The notes under the pieces: model-generated
What the model saw: only the letters and a program-made list of their open reading frames with translations
What the model was told of the DNA's origin: nothing
The model's database searches: none
Position numbers and translations under genes: made by a program
Shown: in pieces, positions 17,979-29,600 of the stretch
How the letters are laid out: each line of letters begins with the position of its first letter
Numbering within the stretch: position 1 is the stretch's first letter
Virus record (IMG/VR): IMGVR_UViG_3300025438_000011
Length of the DNA: 64,000 bases
Origin: an uncultured virus (IMG/VR IMGVR_UViG_3300025438_000011)
Taxonomy: Duplodnaviria > Heunggongvirae > Uroviricota > Caudoviricetes
Direction: 5' to 3' (one strand)

Positions 17979-18208
17979 TAATTAGTGGTCAAACATTTAG
18001 TAGTTCTTTTTCGACTAACACATTGATAAATAATACAGTTGCATCATATACAATGGTCAAAGATGGAGAATTGAGAGTGATGGCTGAATATATAGACTAT
18101 ATAATTGAAATACTCGGTATCGATATAGATTTAGAGAAGTTTAAAGAAATGTCGAGTGGTGAAAAGAAAAAATTCCTAAGAAGTGAAAAAATTAAAAAAA
18201 TATTATGA
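17969..18208 (+). CDS. Hypothetical protein with RSEKIKKIL tag
   Basis: ORF; shared C-terminal motif. Confidence 0.65.
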   Translation: MSLIISGQTFSSSFSTNTLINNTVASYTMVKDGELRVMAEYIDYIIEILGIDIDLEKFKEMSSGEKKKFLRSEKIKKIL

Positions 18209-18396
18209 TAGTAGTCGATGTTCTTAAATCAGGTAGTATAGAGAAGGCACTTAAACAACTCAAACTCAAGTTCGATAAGACCGGAACTAAGATGGATTTG
18301 AGAAATCGAAAACATTTTGAGAAGAAAAGTCACAAGAAAAGAAAGCAAATGCTAAAAGCTATTTATGTTGAGAAAAAATTTAAAAAAGTAGATTAA
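18205..18396 (+). CDS. rpsU: Ribosomal protein bS21
   Basis: SIEKALKQLK.KF.KTG...DLR.RKHFEK.S.KKR...KAIY, 63 aa, basic. Confidence 0.88.
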   Translation: MIVVDVLKSGSIEKALKQLKLKFDKTGTKMDLRNRKHFEKKSHKKRKQMLKAIYVEKKFKKVD

Positions 18397-18785
18397 TGGG
18401 ATTTTATAAAAGGTTCATAACAAAAGATAATATAATCAAGAACATATCAGAAATCGATTATTATTTGAATGGTGATGATCTTATATTTGATACTTGGTCT
18501 GGGTATTTTCAAATGGAGGTTGATCCTGAAGAGAGAGATCTTCGAAATAGTATTATATCAAAAATGACGCTTAGTAGTGGTTGTCCTAGTCAGTATCATG
18601 GATATGAAGACTTAAAATCACACTCAGAGTGTCTTATCTCACTCCTAATCAATCCAAATTGGTTGGATATACACTTTGTAAGGGATAAAATTGGATTTGA
18701 AGTACCACTAGAAGAACAGGGTAGCTTCGATATTCTGACAAAGAAGTCTATTGAGACTCTAATAAAATATTTTGACAGAGAATGA
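18396..18785 (+). CDS. Hypothetical protein
   Basis: ORF coupled to rpsU. Confidence 0.7.
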   Translation: MGFYKRFITKDNIIKNISEIDYYLNGDDLIFDTWSGYFQMEVDPEERDLRNSIISKMTLSSGCPSQYHGYEDLKSHSECLISLLINPNWLDIHFVRDKIGFEVPLEEQGSFDILTKKSIETLIKYFDRE

Positions 18786-19064
18786 ATTTAAACATTTCAA
18801 CCCTGTTAATTTCGGTAATAAGGATTTAGATTATGTACTAGCTCAATTTGATATTAATAAACTTCGTGATGAAAGAAAATATAATAAGTGTGTAGAATCT
18901 AGTATTGATATAATTTATATGACGGAACGTAAAACACACAAATCTTTAGTTTGTGTGTAGTTCATATTACTGATGATAGTTTCTCAAATATACCATATTT
19001 TGGATATATGACATCTTGTGAGTTAGATATACTACAAAAAATAAAAAATAAAAATGGATTTTAA
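18772..19064 (+). pseudogene. Hypothetical gene interrupted by a mini-element
   Basis: Removing 18919-18965 restores ...SIDIIY|ITDDSFSNIPYFGYMTSCELDILQKIKNKNGF*, overlapping the dnaJ start. Confidence 0.7.
18919..18965 (+). mobile_element. 47-bp IS200/IS605-derived mini-element, copy 3
   Basis: After TTTAT (18914-18), ends TTCAT, no target duplication. Confidence 0.88.
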
Positions 19065-19800
19065 GAAAATATTAAATAATAATTTATATTTAACGCTTGG
19101 TGTGTCGAAAAAAACAGAAATCGGTGATATTAAAAAATCTTATTATGGTTTGTCCAAGAAGCACCATCCGGACGTGAGTAAAATAATTGGTGGGGATAGT
19201 GTATTTAAAGATATATCGGAAGCTTGGAGTGTGTTGAGTGATGTGGATATGAAGAGTGAATATGATAAAAAATCAAAATTCGGTAAGGATTATAATGAGG
19301 TGGTTGAATTTTTTAATATTGACCTATCATTTGATCATAAGAGTGAAGATGATAAATATGAAAAATTCAAAAAGAGAGAGGTTCTTAATATTATCATTCG
19401 TGTAAATCCTGATGAATTTGATGGTACGCTTGAATTTCCTAGATACGTTAAGTGTAAAACTTGCCAGGGTTCTGGAAAAGATACATCGAGTCGAATATCA
19501 ATAACTAATGATAAGGGTGAGATTAAATATTTCGATGGTGATGATGGATGTGACACCTGTGAAGGTACTGGTAAAGACCACAAAGGTGATAAGTGTGGAT
19601 ACTGTAAAGGTGAAGGTAAGATTGGTATTAAACCATGTAAATCCTGTGATGGTGAGAGAAGAATGTTAGGTAAACAAAAACTTAATAACATAAAATTGGA
19701 TGGTGTGGAAACTGAAATAAAGTCAGCCGGACACCTCAGTTATTATGACATCGGGAAAAGTGGATCACTTTTCATACTTACTGAGGATGAAGAAACTTAA
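19054..19800 (+). CDS. dnaJ: DnaJ-like chaperone
   Basis: J domain with HPD; four CxxCxG zinc-finger repeats. Confidence 0.88.
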   Translation: MDFKKILNNNLYLTLGVSKKTEIGDIKKSYYGLSKKHHPDVSKIIGGDSVFKDISEAWSVLSDVDMKSEYDKKSKFGKDYNEVVEFFNIDLSFDHKSEDDKYEKFKKREVLNIIIRVNPDEFDGTLEFPRYVKCKTCQGSGKDTSSRISITNDKGEIKYFDGDDGCDTCEGTGKDHKGDKCGYCKGEGKIGIKPCKSCDGERRMLGKQKLNNIKLDGVETEIKSAGHLSYYDIGKSGSLFILTEDEET

Positions 19801-19822
19801 TTATTGGTTTAATATATAGTCT

Positions 19823-20647
19823 ATGAAGTATATTAAAACCTTTGAATCTCATCTTTCATATGATGAGGTTGATTTGGATTCGTTCACATCCAGGCGTTTA
19901 GTTGGACGGTGGTTTGAATCTGAAGAAGAAGCTACTGAGTATTTGGAATTTAATTTATCTGATGATGGACTAAATAGATCTATGGGTGATTTCAAAATTA
20001 TTGATAAGGGTGGTAATACTCTTAAATCGTTTCAAATACATCCTAATCCAAGTGGTGTTGAATTAAATAGAAATCTTGCTTCTAAATTAATAAATAAACA
20101 CGCTTATGTTAGTAGTTTTTACCCAATATATGCTTACTTAGAGTACAAACATATTGATAAGATAAAAGAACTTGGTGTTAAATACGAATTTAAACCATTG
20201 AAAGATTTATCATTGGTTGATGTGTTAAATGATTACATCAGAGGTCTTAAGATAGAGGGTACTGAATTCAGTAGAGTTTATAAGAATCCGGATGGTCATT
20301 ATAGTGGTCATTCAACAATACTCAAAACCTATTTCTCTACAAAAAAAACAAATGATGAAATAAAGGAATTTCGTTCTCTCATAGAAAAGTCTTTGAATGT
20401 CTTTAATGGTAGAGTTGGTAGTGATTATTATATCGATGGAATTAGTAAGTCACCTGATAGTGATACCCGTCTTCGGAAGTATGTAAAATCTTTGGATGAG
20501 ATACCATCAGAATATAATAATGGTGAATTTCTGGATGCAGATGATAAATTCGAGCAAATATCTTTACTCTTAGAAAGAGGCACTGATGAGGATGAATTTG
20601 TTGCAGTTATCGAGATGGAATCACCGGATAAACCGGTTATGAAATAA
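19823..20647 (+). CDS. Hypothetical protein (possible capsid-internal)
   Basis: AATATATA upstream; N-terminus MKYIKTFES. Confidence 0.7.
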   Translation: MKYIKTFESHLSYDEVDLDSFTSRRLVGRWFESEEEATEYLEFNLSDDGLNRSMGDFKIIDKGGNTLKSFQIHPNPSGVELNRNLASKLINKHAYVSSFYPIYAYLEYKHIDKIKELGVKYEFKPLKDLSLVDVLNDYIRGLKIEGTEFSRVYKNPDGHYSGHSTILKTYFSTKKTNDEIKEFRSLIEKSLNVFNGRVGSDYYIDGISKSPDSDTRLRKYVKSLDEIPSEYNNGEFLDADDKFEQISLLLERGTDEDEFVAVIEMESPDKPVMK

Positions 20648-20656
20648 TAAACCTCA

Positions 20657-23600
20657 TTAATTACTATTAGCTGCATCATCTGGGAATGTGATAAACTGAG
20701 TAGTCAATTGTGGTGTTGATGTTATCTGTGGAATATTTATATTTATATTCGGTAGCCAAACACTTACAGATGATAGGTAATCAAAATTACTATTATCGTA
20801 GTCAATATTCGGAGCCTTAGACACATAAGGTATCTGAATATCACCATTTATATAGTTGAAGCAAATAATATCATCATCATTATAGAATATTGTTGAGTCA
20901 ACATCCGTTGGATCTTCCTCGCCAGAATTTGGGATAGTGTTTATTGCTTCGACATCTATATCATATGTTTGTGTGCCTATTAAGTCTGACCAGTCACCAG
21001 TCACTCTAATGAGGTCGTAATTTGATACAGACTCAATTCCCGGAACTTCAAGGAAATTATCAAACGGTAAAAATATATTCCAATTTAATTCTTCTGGATA
21101 ATTGTTAGCTTCTCCTAACCAAATAGCCTCGAAAGCAACTTTTTGAGAATAATTCGAAGCGAGTCTATCAAGTTGTGTTATTCCTAGTGGATTTACAGAG
21201 TAATCGGTTGTCTCTACTACCAATCGATTATCATCATTACTATAATTTCTTTTTCTAAACCCAGTGTAAGCTACTGGTGTTGTTGCGTAATCGGTCAGGT
21301 ATAGTGGTAATAATTGCATATCCCAATAACCAACACCACCAGCATCATCAACCACTACGTTAAGTGGTGCTTGTGTCCAGTTACCAGGTTCGGTTTTAAT
21401 AATTACACTAACAATATCTCTATCTTGACCGGATATACTAGGACTATCAATTGTTCCGTTCCAAGAAGCATTCGACTGTCCCTGCCAGTTCCATTCTGGT
21501 AGATTGCTTTGCATAGCATCTATATTAGATGGTCCGATACCAATAATTATAGATTGGTTGATGTCTCCACCAAAAAATGTAATTGCGGAACCTGGATCCA
21601 CAGGATGTGAAAATGGAAGATGTACGAATATCCATCCAGTTCCTTCTAAGAAAGTTATTCGTAATGTATATGACCAATCAGTATTCTCATAATATGGTAA
21701 ATACCTAGGCACTCCTGAAACAGGATCAATTGGATTATCGGTAGTAATCCCCGTATTCCCGTCTGATTGGTATGATGTATAACTCTGTGTATATCCAGCA
21801 AAAGGCATATATAATCTATTAATTAAACTATTTGTATTATTTGGTTCAGCTTCGGGATTAATAGTTAGTGTATTCGTAGATACACAATTTCCTATCGAAA
21901 CAGTTACTTGAAAAGTTTGACCAGGTTCAATTGGATCATATGAAGGAGAATATGGATATGATAAATATACATCATTCTGATTTCCCAAAGGTACTGTAAA
22001 GTCCCAGTTATTAGCCAGATTGCCATCAGTTCTTGACCAGACTAATGAATTTAAATCACTAGCACCGAATGATAATGATTCATTGGTATTACCAGCAGCA
22101 ACGGTTTGTCCATTGAATATTACTTCTATGTTAATCACACCATCCTCATTGATAAGATTTACCTGTAAATCACAACCCACTATATTTCCTACACTGAAAG
22201 TGTTATTCCACACACAACCAGTCTCAACATTAACCATTGTTACACTATATACACCACTAACCGTAGTTTCTATCGGAGCACCCGGTAAAGAAGATATTTC
22301 TGTGGATCCATCTGGGAATATCCAAGTTACCACGAAGTCTGTAGGGTTGAGTAATCCTCCATTATTTATCGTGAAAGTTTGTATATTTAATGTATCTCCC
22401 GGTTCTGCCAACCCAGATATTCCCCCTCCTGTGGATGATGAGGGAATCACTTGAATTACACCTTCGCAGGGGTCGGAATCGGAAGCTAAGCAAGCATTTG
22501 TTTGTGCCTCTTGCTGACCAGGTATAGGAACCATTTGGTCGTATCCTGAGTAACCAGAAATAGTACCAATGGTGTTAATTGCATCATAAGGGAATACAGC
22601 ATAAGCAAAAATTGCCCAAACATTCTGATTATATCCAGGACTATTTGGAAATGTTTGAGTTCCTCCGGATGGGCTATTTATCGTATTCCAGAAGTCATAT
22701 CCTTCTTGGAATGTACTGATTGATCCATTTATATAGTACGTGGTATTATTACTAAGATTGTAAGTCCCATTTGTACCAAATTGAATACTACCCGAATTCG
22801 GATTCTCTGGATAATCTGGATCACACCACGTATACCATACTTTATAATATCCGGAACCATATTGATCTCTAGCAAGTGCAGAGAACTCTATTGACTCACC
22901 GTCCAATGTATCTGGTGAGGAATTTAATTGTTCTTCTGTGAAATATACATCCCATGAATTATTAGCGGAGAACTCACCGCTTGTTGATTCGAGTGATATA
23001 GTAATACCATCTTCATTCCATGATGGTAATACAACTTCATCAACTTCATCAACTTCATCATTTATACTTGAACAACCACCTGTATAATTTAAGAAAGGAA
23101 TCATATCAGTTTCGACCAATCTTATCTTTTCAAATGCCATACTAAATGTTCCGGAATTTGTATCAGAACCACTCAATAAAGTCATTTCTAATCCTTTCTT
23201 GTTATAGAAATATTCTCTTTGGTTCACAACACTACTTGTTGCAAATTGATTGACTGGTATTGTAATGAAACTTTGTGTATTACCATAATAGAATGTTTTA
23301 GATGCAACTGAATAAGAGGCTGGATAGTTATTGAAGAATACAATTGGGTTTAATTCCGAACCAATACCCACTGGGTTTAAGTTCTCACCAGTTATTTCTA
23401 CGAATGAATATCTCAATTTTTCTAGTTCAATATCTGTATTGTCTATGAAGTCTAATGTGTAATTTTCCAACTCTTGTCCTATTATAGATGGTGATTGTTT
23501 TCCACCACTAAATATTAGTTTATTTTGTAGATTAATTGGTAGATTTCCGTAATTATTAACTATTGAATTTACAGCATCACCAAATGTATCAGTAGAACCA

Positions 23601-26600
23601 TATCCGAATGTCCATCCAGATTGTTCTAAATTACTCAGACCATATCCAGAACCATTATCGATTTCAATTATTTGGTCAGAGGAACTACTATTCACCCAAT
23701 TATATTGGTTTATACTATTGAATTGAATCTCCTGTTGTGGAATCCATTCTTGGTATTCTTTGAACTTCCAACCAAGTTTATATTTTCTTATGTCTAGGTT
23801 ATGTCCATTTCGTAGACTAGATACTGATTCCAATACATCCTTCGTTGGGAATCCATAGTGGTTATTTTCTATATAACTAGATGTGAATGATAGTGGTGTT
23901 TGATTAAACACTTCATTAACTCGATTTATATTAACACCAGATTCTCGGAAATAATTAACATCAACCCATGAATTAAATTTGAATTTAAATGGTATTCCGG
24001 AAACATTCTCATCAGAGAATATAAATTTCTGAATAAGTCCGGTGTTATAAACAGTTGGTGTGTTACCCAAATTATCTATATAACTAGATGTGAGTCCTTG
24101 GAATCTACCACCTTTTAATACACCATCAACCCAATGTTGGTTAATCATTTCTGTTATATACGGAAACCCTTGCATAAGACCATTTGACCAAACACCATTT
24201 AGGAATTTACCATTTAAGAACACACCATTTAACCAAATATTTTTAGTTATCATCATTATGTGCTCTTCGGAATCTCTTTCCACACTCCTTATTGGGAATG
24301 TAGTTTCAAATTGTACTGTAATCGTTTGAACAAGTATTTGATTGTTCAGACTGAAAGGATCATTTTCATACCCCTCATATTTATCGGTAATTATCATGGT
24401 ATCTCTCAATAATCGTCTATTATCATTTATATCAATTGCAATTATATTACCAATAGAAACTTTATCACCAACATTAAAATCACTGAATGACCCCGGTGAT
24501 TGATTGTTTTGTATAATGTTTAATCTGACATTCCAAGCAGTTTTATATTTCTCTGTCTTGAAGGCAAAATTCTTACCACCACTAAAGTTGAATATATCAC
24601 TGGACCATAGAGTTGTTTTATCATCTCTCCATCCTTCATTCCATACACCATTCTCCCAAATTCCGGCCATGAATCTACCATTACCATATAGTGATGTTAA
24701 ATCACCGATTTTATAAATTATGTTATTTGGTAGAGTAATATCTTGACCGATGTTTGGTGTCCACGATGGTACACTCCATAGTTCATTATTTGTAACATCA
24801 TCATATACAACATCGTAGGGTATAACCGATACGGACTGTATGTTTAATTCCATTCCGATTGAATCTCCGGTATGTGAAAGTCTTTGTATTTTAATTTTTC
24901 TACTATTCGATAAATCTAAATTAGTAGGTGTGTATGTGTAATTCAACACACCACCATACCATGTAGAGAACCTAATTGGGAATCCCAAGAATGAAGTTGC
25001 TGACTGAAGTTCGGCTGTTATAAACCTTCGAATACCACCATTTGATGATTCATCATCAGTAGTTGCTGACCCAACATATCCAACATCAACTCGGAATTTA
25101 AGAACTGGTGGAGGTGAGAAATACGACACACCTACATATCCTGAGTATTTTATCTCAATATTATATTGCTGTTGTGTTTCTGTAAACATATCAGCCGTAC
25201 CATTTGGTGGGTTTAATATACTCACTCCTTCATTTATAACGACCTCAGCAAAGTCTGTTGTTGTTGATATGTTATCACCAATTACATTACCATATACTAA
25301 ATCATAATTAGTTTGTGGTGTCCAGTTAGTACCATCCCATCCATCTGTATTACCATCAAATTCCCCATATTTGGTTTGTTCTACACCGAAGGATCCAGTG
25401 AATGTGTCATTCATGTGTAGTGTGTCCCAATCACTCAATCCTAATGATTGTGATGCGTATAGTGATGTGTTATTGAGAATATCTGAGGAAAATCCTGGAT
25501 ATGACAACACATTTGAGTATGTTGATATTTGTTTGAACGGACTACCGAACCAATTACCATTTTTCCAAACTCCATTTTCCCATGTAACATTATATGCGTT
25601 CTGATATTTTACAATACCATCTTTCCATATAACACCCCAAGCATTACCTTGACTTGATGTTGCATATGAATCAAATGTTCCTTGATACCATTTAGAGTAG
25701 TAGATATCAGAAGAATATGCTTCTCCATTTAACCAAACACAACTTTCATCAGTGTTAAATCCACTAATTGTTCCTGGATATACAACAAGTTTTTTAAATA
25801 GTACATTACCTAACCCACTAAATGTCAACATGAATTCTGTTGTTAGTGGTGTGAAACTTATATTGAAAATACCTACCTGTCCTGAACCAGCTACGAATAC
25901 ACCATCATTAGTATAAATATCACCACTCACCATAGAGTTCTCTGTTATCTCAATTTGTAGTGTGTATGTTTTACCCACTTGTAATACATTATCTTGTATT
26001 ACTGATCCATTAAATGGTGTGTAATTTATTGTACTAGAATACTCATATAATCCATCAGTGTTTAATGATACATTGAAAGCATTCCAACCAGTTGTTGTTT
26101 GCGTTCCTGAGATAAATATAGGAGTTGTGTGGTTATAATATGGGTTGAAAGATGAGTTTGAGAACAATCCATTCTCGAATGTACCATCCCTCCATATGGA
26201 ATTATCGATAGTTCCATCTGTGTGTGAGAAAGTACCAGAGGCCCAGTACATATTTTTGAAATCAACATTAGGTCTTTTCTTCTTCTTTGTTGAGATTCGT
26301 TCAACCTCGGTCCATAATTTCTTATTAGTTATGAATTTGTCTTTAACTTCTGATACAAATCCATCATTCCAATAACCATAATAGTCACTGTTAAAACTAT
26401 TTATAAACCCATCATATTCATTCAGAGATGTTGAATATGACCCAGCGTGCCCGTTAAACTGTCCTCTGGTGAATATACCATCATTCCAGTATCTTCCTTC
26501 GAATTTACCACCATTGAATTCACCAGAATACCATGTCGAGTTTTCTCCAACATCACCACGTCCAAATTCACCATTGTTGAATACACCACCCTGCCATGAG

Positions 26601-29600
26601 AATGATGCACTTGTAGCTACTGATAATTCATACGGTGTTTGTCCATCATATTGATAATATGATAAGAAACGACCACCATTGAATATACCATCTTTCCATT
26701 CTGCTACATCGGTGAAATCACCACCATCAAATCTACCATCTAACCATGTATTTGTTCTTATATATGAACTTGGTGTGTATCCGTTTGATATATCAACACC
26801 AAAAACACCAGAGTTAAATACACCAGAGTTCCAGTGTATAGATGCTTGTATTCCTTGCAAACCAGTTGGGTCCAGTGTTCTAAATTCGGCATTTATAACA
26901 TTCATATTAGAGAATGTTCCGGTATATACTCTTGATTTTTTAAATGGTATATTTTTCCTACCGAAATTACCACCTAGTGCTTCACCAGTTAAGAAACTTG
27001 AATTGAATAAATTACCATCTTCGAATATTCCTTTCTCGAAGTTAGACTTCTCAAAATCACCATTTTCGAAAACACCATTCATCCAAGACCACTTAGTTTC
27101 TTGTGTGTTGGTATAATATACTGATATTCTTCCTGTTAAAACATCACTTACTCCAGCTTCATTCGAACGGTTATTATAGAATGTGCCATTTTCGAATACT
27201 CCATTTTCCCATTGTGATTCTCTAAAAACACCACCGCTGAATTTACTTGGTTCTCTCGTGTATATTGTTGATGAGGTTGGACTAAATGAGTATGTTGATG
27301 TTGTTTCTGACCATATACCTCTATGGAATATACCATTCTTCCAATTATCTGAACCAGATAAGAAGTGTGAATATTGAAACATACCAGACTCGATTGTGTT
27401 TGAGTTATCATCAAATATAACATCACTCACTAAGAAATTTCTCTTTTCAATAACATCTGTTAAATCCTTATCTTGTGTGTTGTAATCGAAATTTGTAAAT
27501 GTACAATTGTCAAAATATGCTCTTCTGAAAAGACCACCTCGTATTTCTGAGTTCTCGAACTTAACTGGGTGTAGATAGTTGTATTTGTTCTGTGCTTCTA
27601 GTGAGTTGAAGTAATTTCCGTTAGTAACATCATATCCCCAGTTAGCAATATTTGATTGTGTGGATACATCACGTAATGTGAAATCACGATTTGATAATGA
27701 TGATGAGTATGATATAACCTTGTATGTGTCTGGTAATCTAACGAAGTTAGTTCCTGGGTTTGTTACATTTTGTGTTGAGTCATAATATACTGAATTTAGA
27801 AAGACGATATTTGATTCAAATGATTGAGTTCCTATTACATCAGGTCTTTTAGATATTGGTGTTCTAACCACAATACTCTGGTCCGATGTTTCTATACTCC
27901 TTGGTCCGAATGTTGCGTCTCCTTGATAGTAATCACTATTCTGGTTGAATGAATAATCGGTATTATAATTGATATAGTTACCACTAACCCATGTAGAGTC
28001 TTTGAATAACCCGGATACGAAATCACCTTCTAATATGTAGGCATCTTTGATATCTACTGTATCAGAAATAAATGTTCTTGGATATGATGTGGTTGATCCA
28101 TAATTAAAATCTTCACCACCAGATATAAATACATCAATTGATGGTAATGTATTCTCAAAGTTAGGTTGTAAGTCAGTTTCGGTCGTTATCTCACCCGGTG
28201 AGTTTCTATTTTCTTCTTTTGTTGAAAGTTGTACTAGTACTTGTCTCTCTGATTTAGAACCTATCTCATCATATGTTTGTGTCCAGTGTCCTACTTGAAA
28301 TTTATCATCGAAGAAATTAAGTAACTCTTGATTTCCAACATTAACAATAACATCTTTTAAATAGAAGTACTGTAATTCTCTCATTCGTAGGAATGAAGCA
28401 TCTGTAATGTAGAACTTATACATCTTGTAATCAACACCGGTTGGTAGTGATATATTTTTATCATACCATTTGATGTTAGACTCTTCGTATGCTTGTATCT
28501 TAATGACATTATCACCTAAATAAAGTGAGTTAATAAAGGCAGATGAAACAATTTCCGAATTAACGGCTTTTGAATCTCGTACAAGTGAATTAACAACTCT
28601 TGAACTTATAAGTGTTGTGTTCTTTATATTAGCAAATAATATATCAGAATTGTAATAAACTCCACCGGATAATGTAACTGAATAGGTTATTGCGGTTCCG
28701 TCTATATAATTTTCAAGAGCTGATACACTTGACATAGTTCCGTAGAATGTTGATAGGTTGAAAATATTACCATTTATAACATCACCACCCTCAAAATCTG
28801 TATCGAATACGTAGTTATAACCAGCTCCACCGTTATTCTCGGCATTGGCTCTTACTTGTGGTAATCCAGTTCTATCGAATACTGTGAAATTAGAATCATT
28901 TTTATAATGGTCTGATCCAAGTGTTCCACTCTTCCAATTCACGTTAAGTGTTGTGCCGAGTGACCATTTGATGTTTTCACCATTATAATCTAATCTCTCG
29001 TCATAGTGTCCGTAAAGACCTTGGTTGAACTCCCCACCGGCTAAAAGACCTCCTCGGAAGTTGGATTTAGTTATTATTGTCGGCATGTATGAGCGATCAA
29101 CCATCCATTTATTTTGAGTTGTATTGAAATGATAAATGTGGTCAGTTTTGAAATCTGTTCCACCAGATCTAAAACGACTATTCATAACACGCATCTTAAG
29201 AAGGTTATAAAATCCAGATAGTGGAACATCATAATCTACATTGATGTGTGGTATTATGTTATTTGACAGAACATCCGTTGTTATTTCTTCCAATTCATTT
29301 GAAGAATTTCTTATATAGAATCCATTACCTGATGATGTCGATGGTAAAAATCCTGTCAATCCATTAAAATTACCAGAGTTTATAGTGAATGTACCATTCA
29401 AATATAGAAAGTTGTTATATCCCTCTTGGAATTTACTTTCTAAATTACCGTTATCATCTCTCATTGAGAGTGTCTGCATGAAATAGTCAAAGTCGTATTG
29501 TGTTGATATAGTATAAATTTTAACAAAAACATCAATGGGTTCTTCATTAGTTGGTTCAACACCAGTATATTCGATATCAAGAACAACTTTTGTTCTATCA

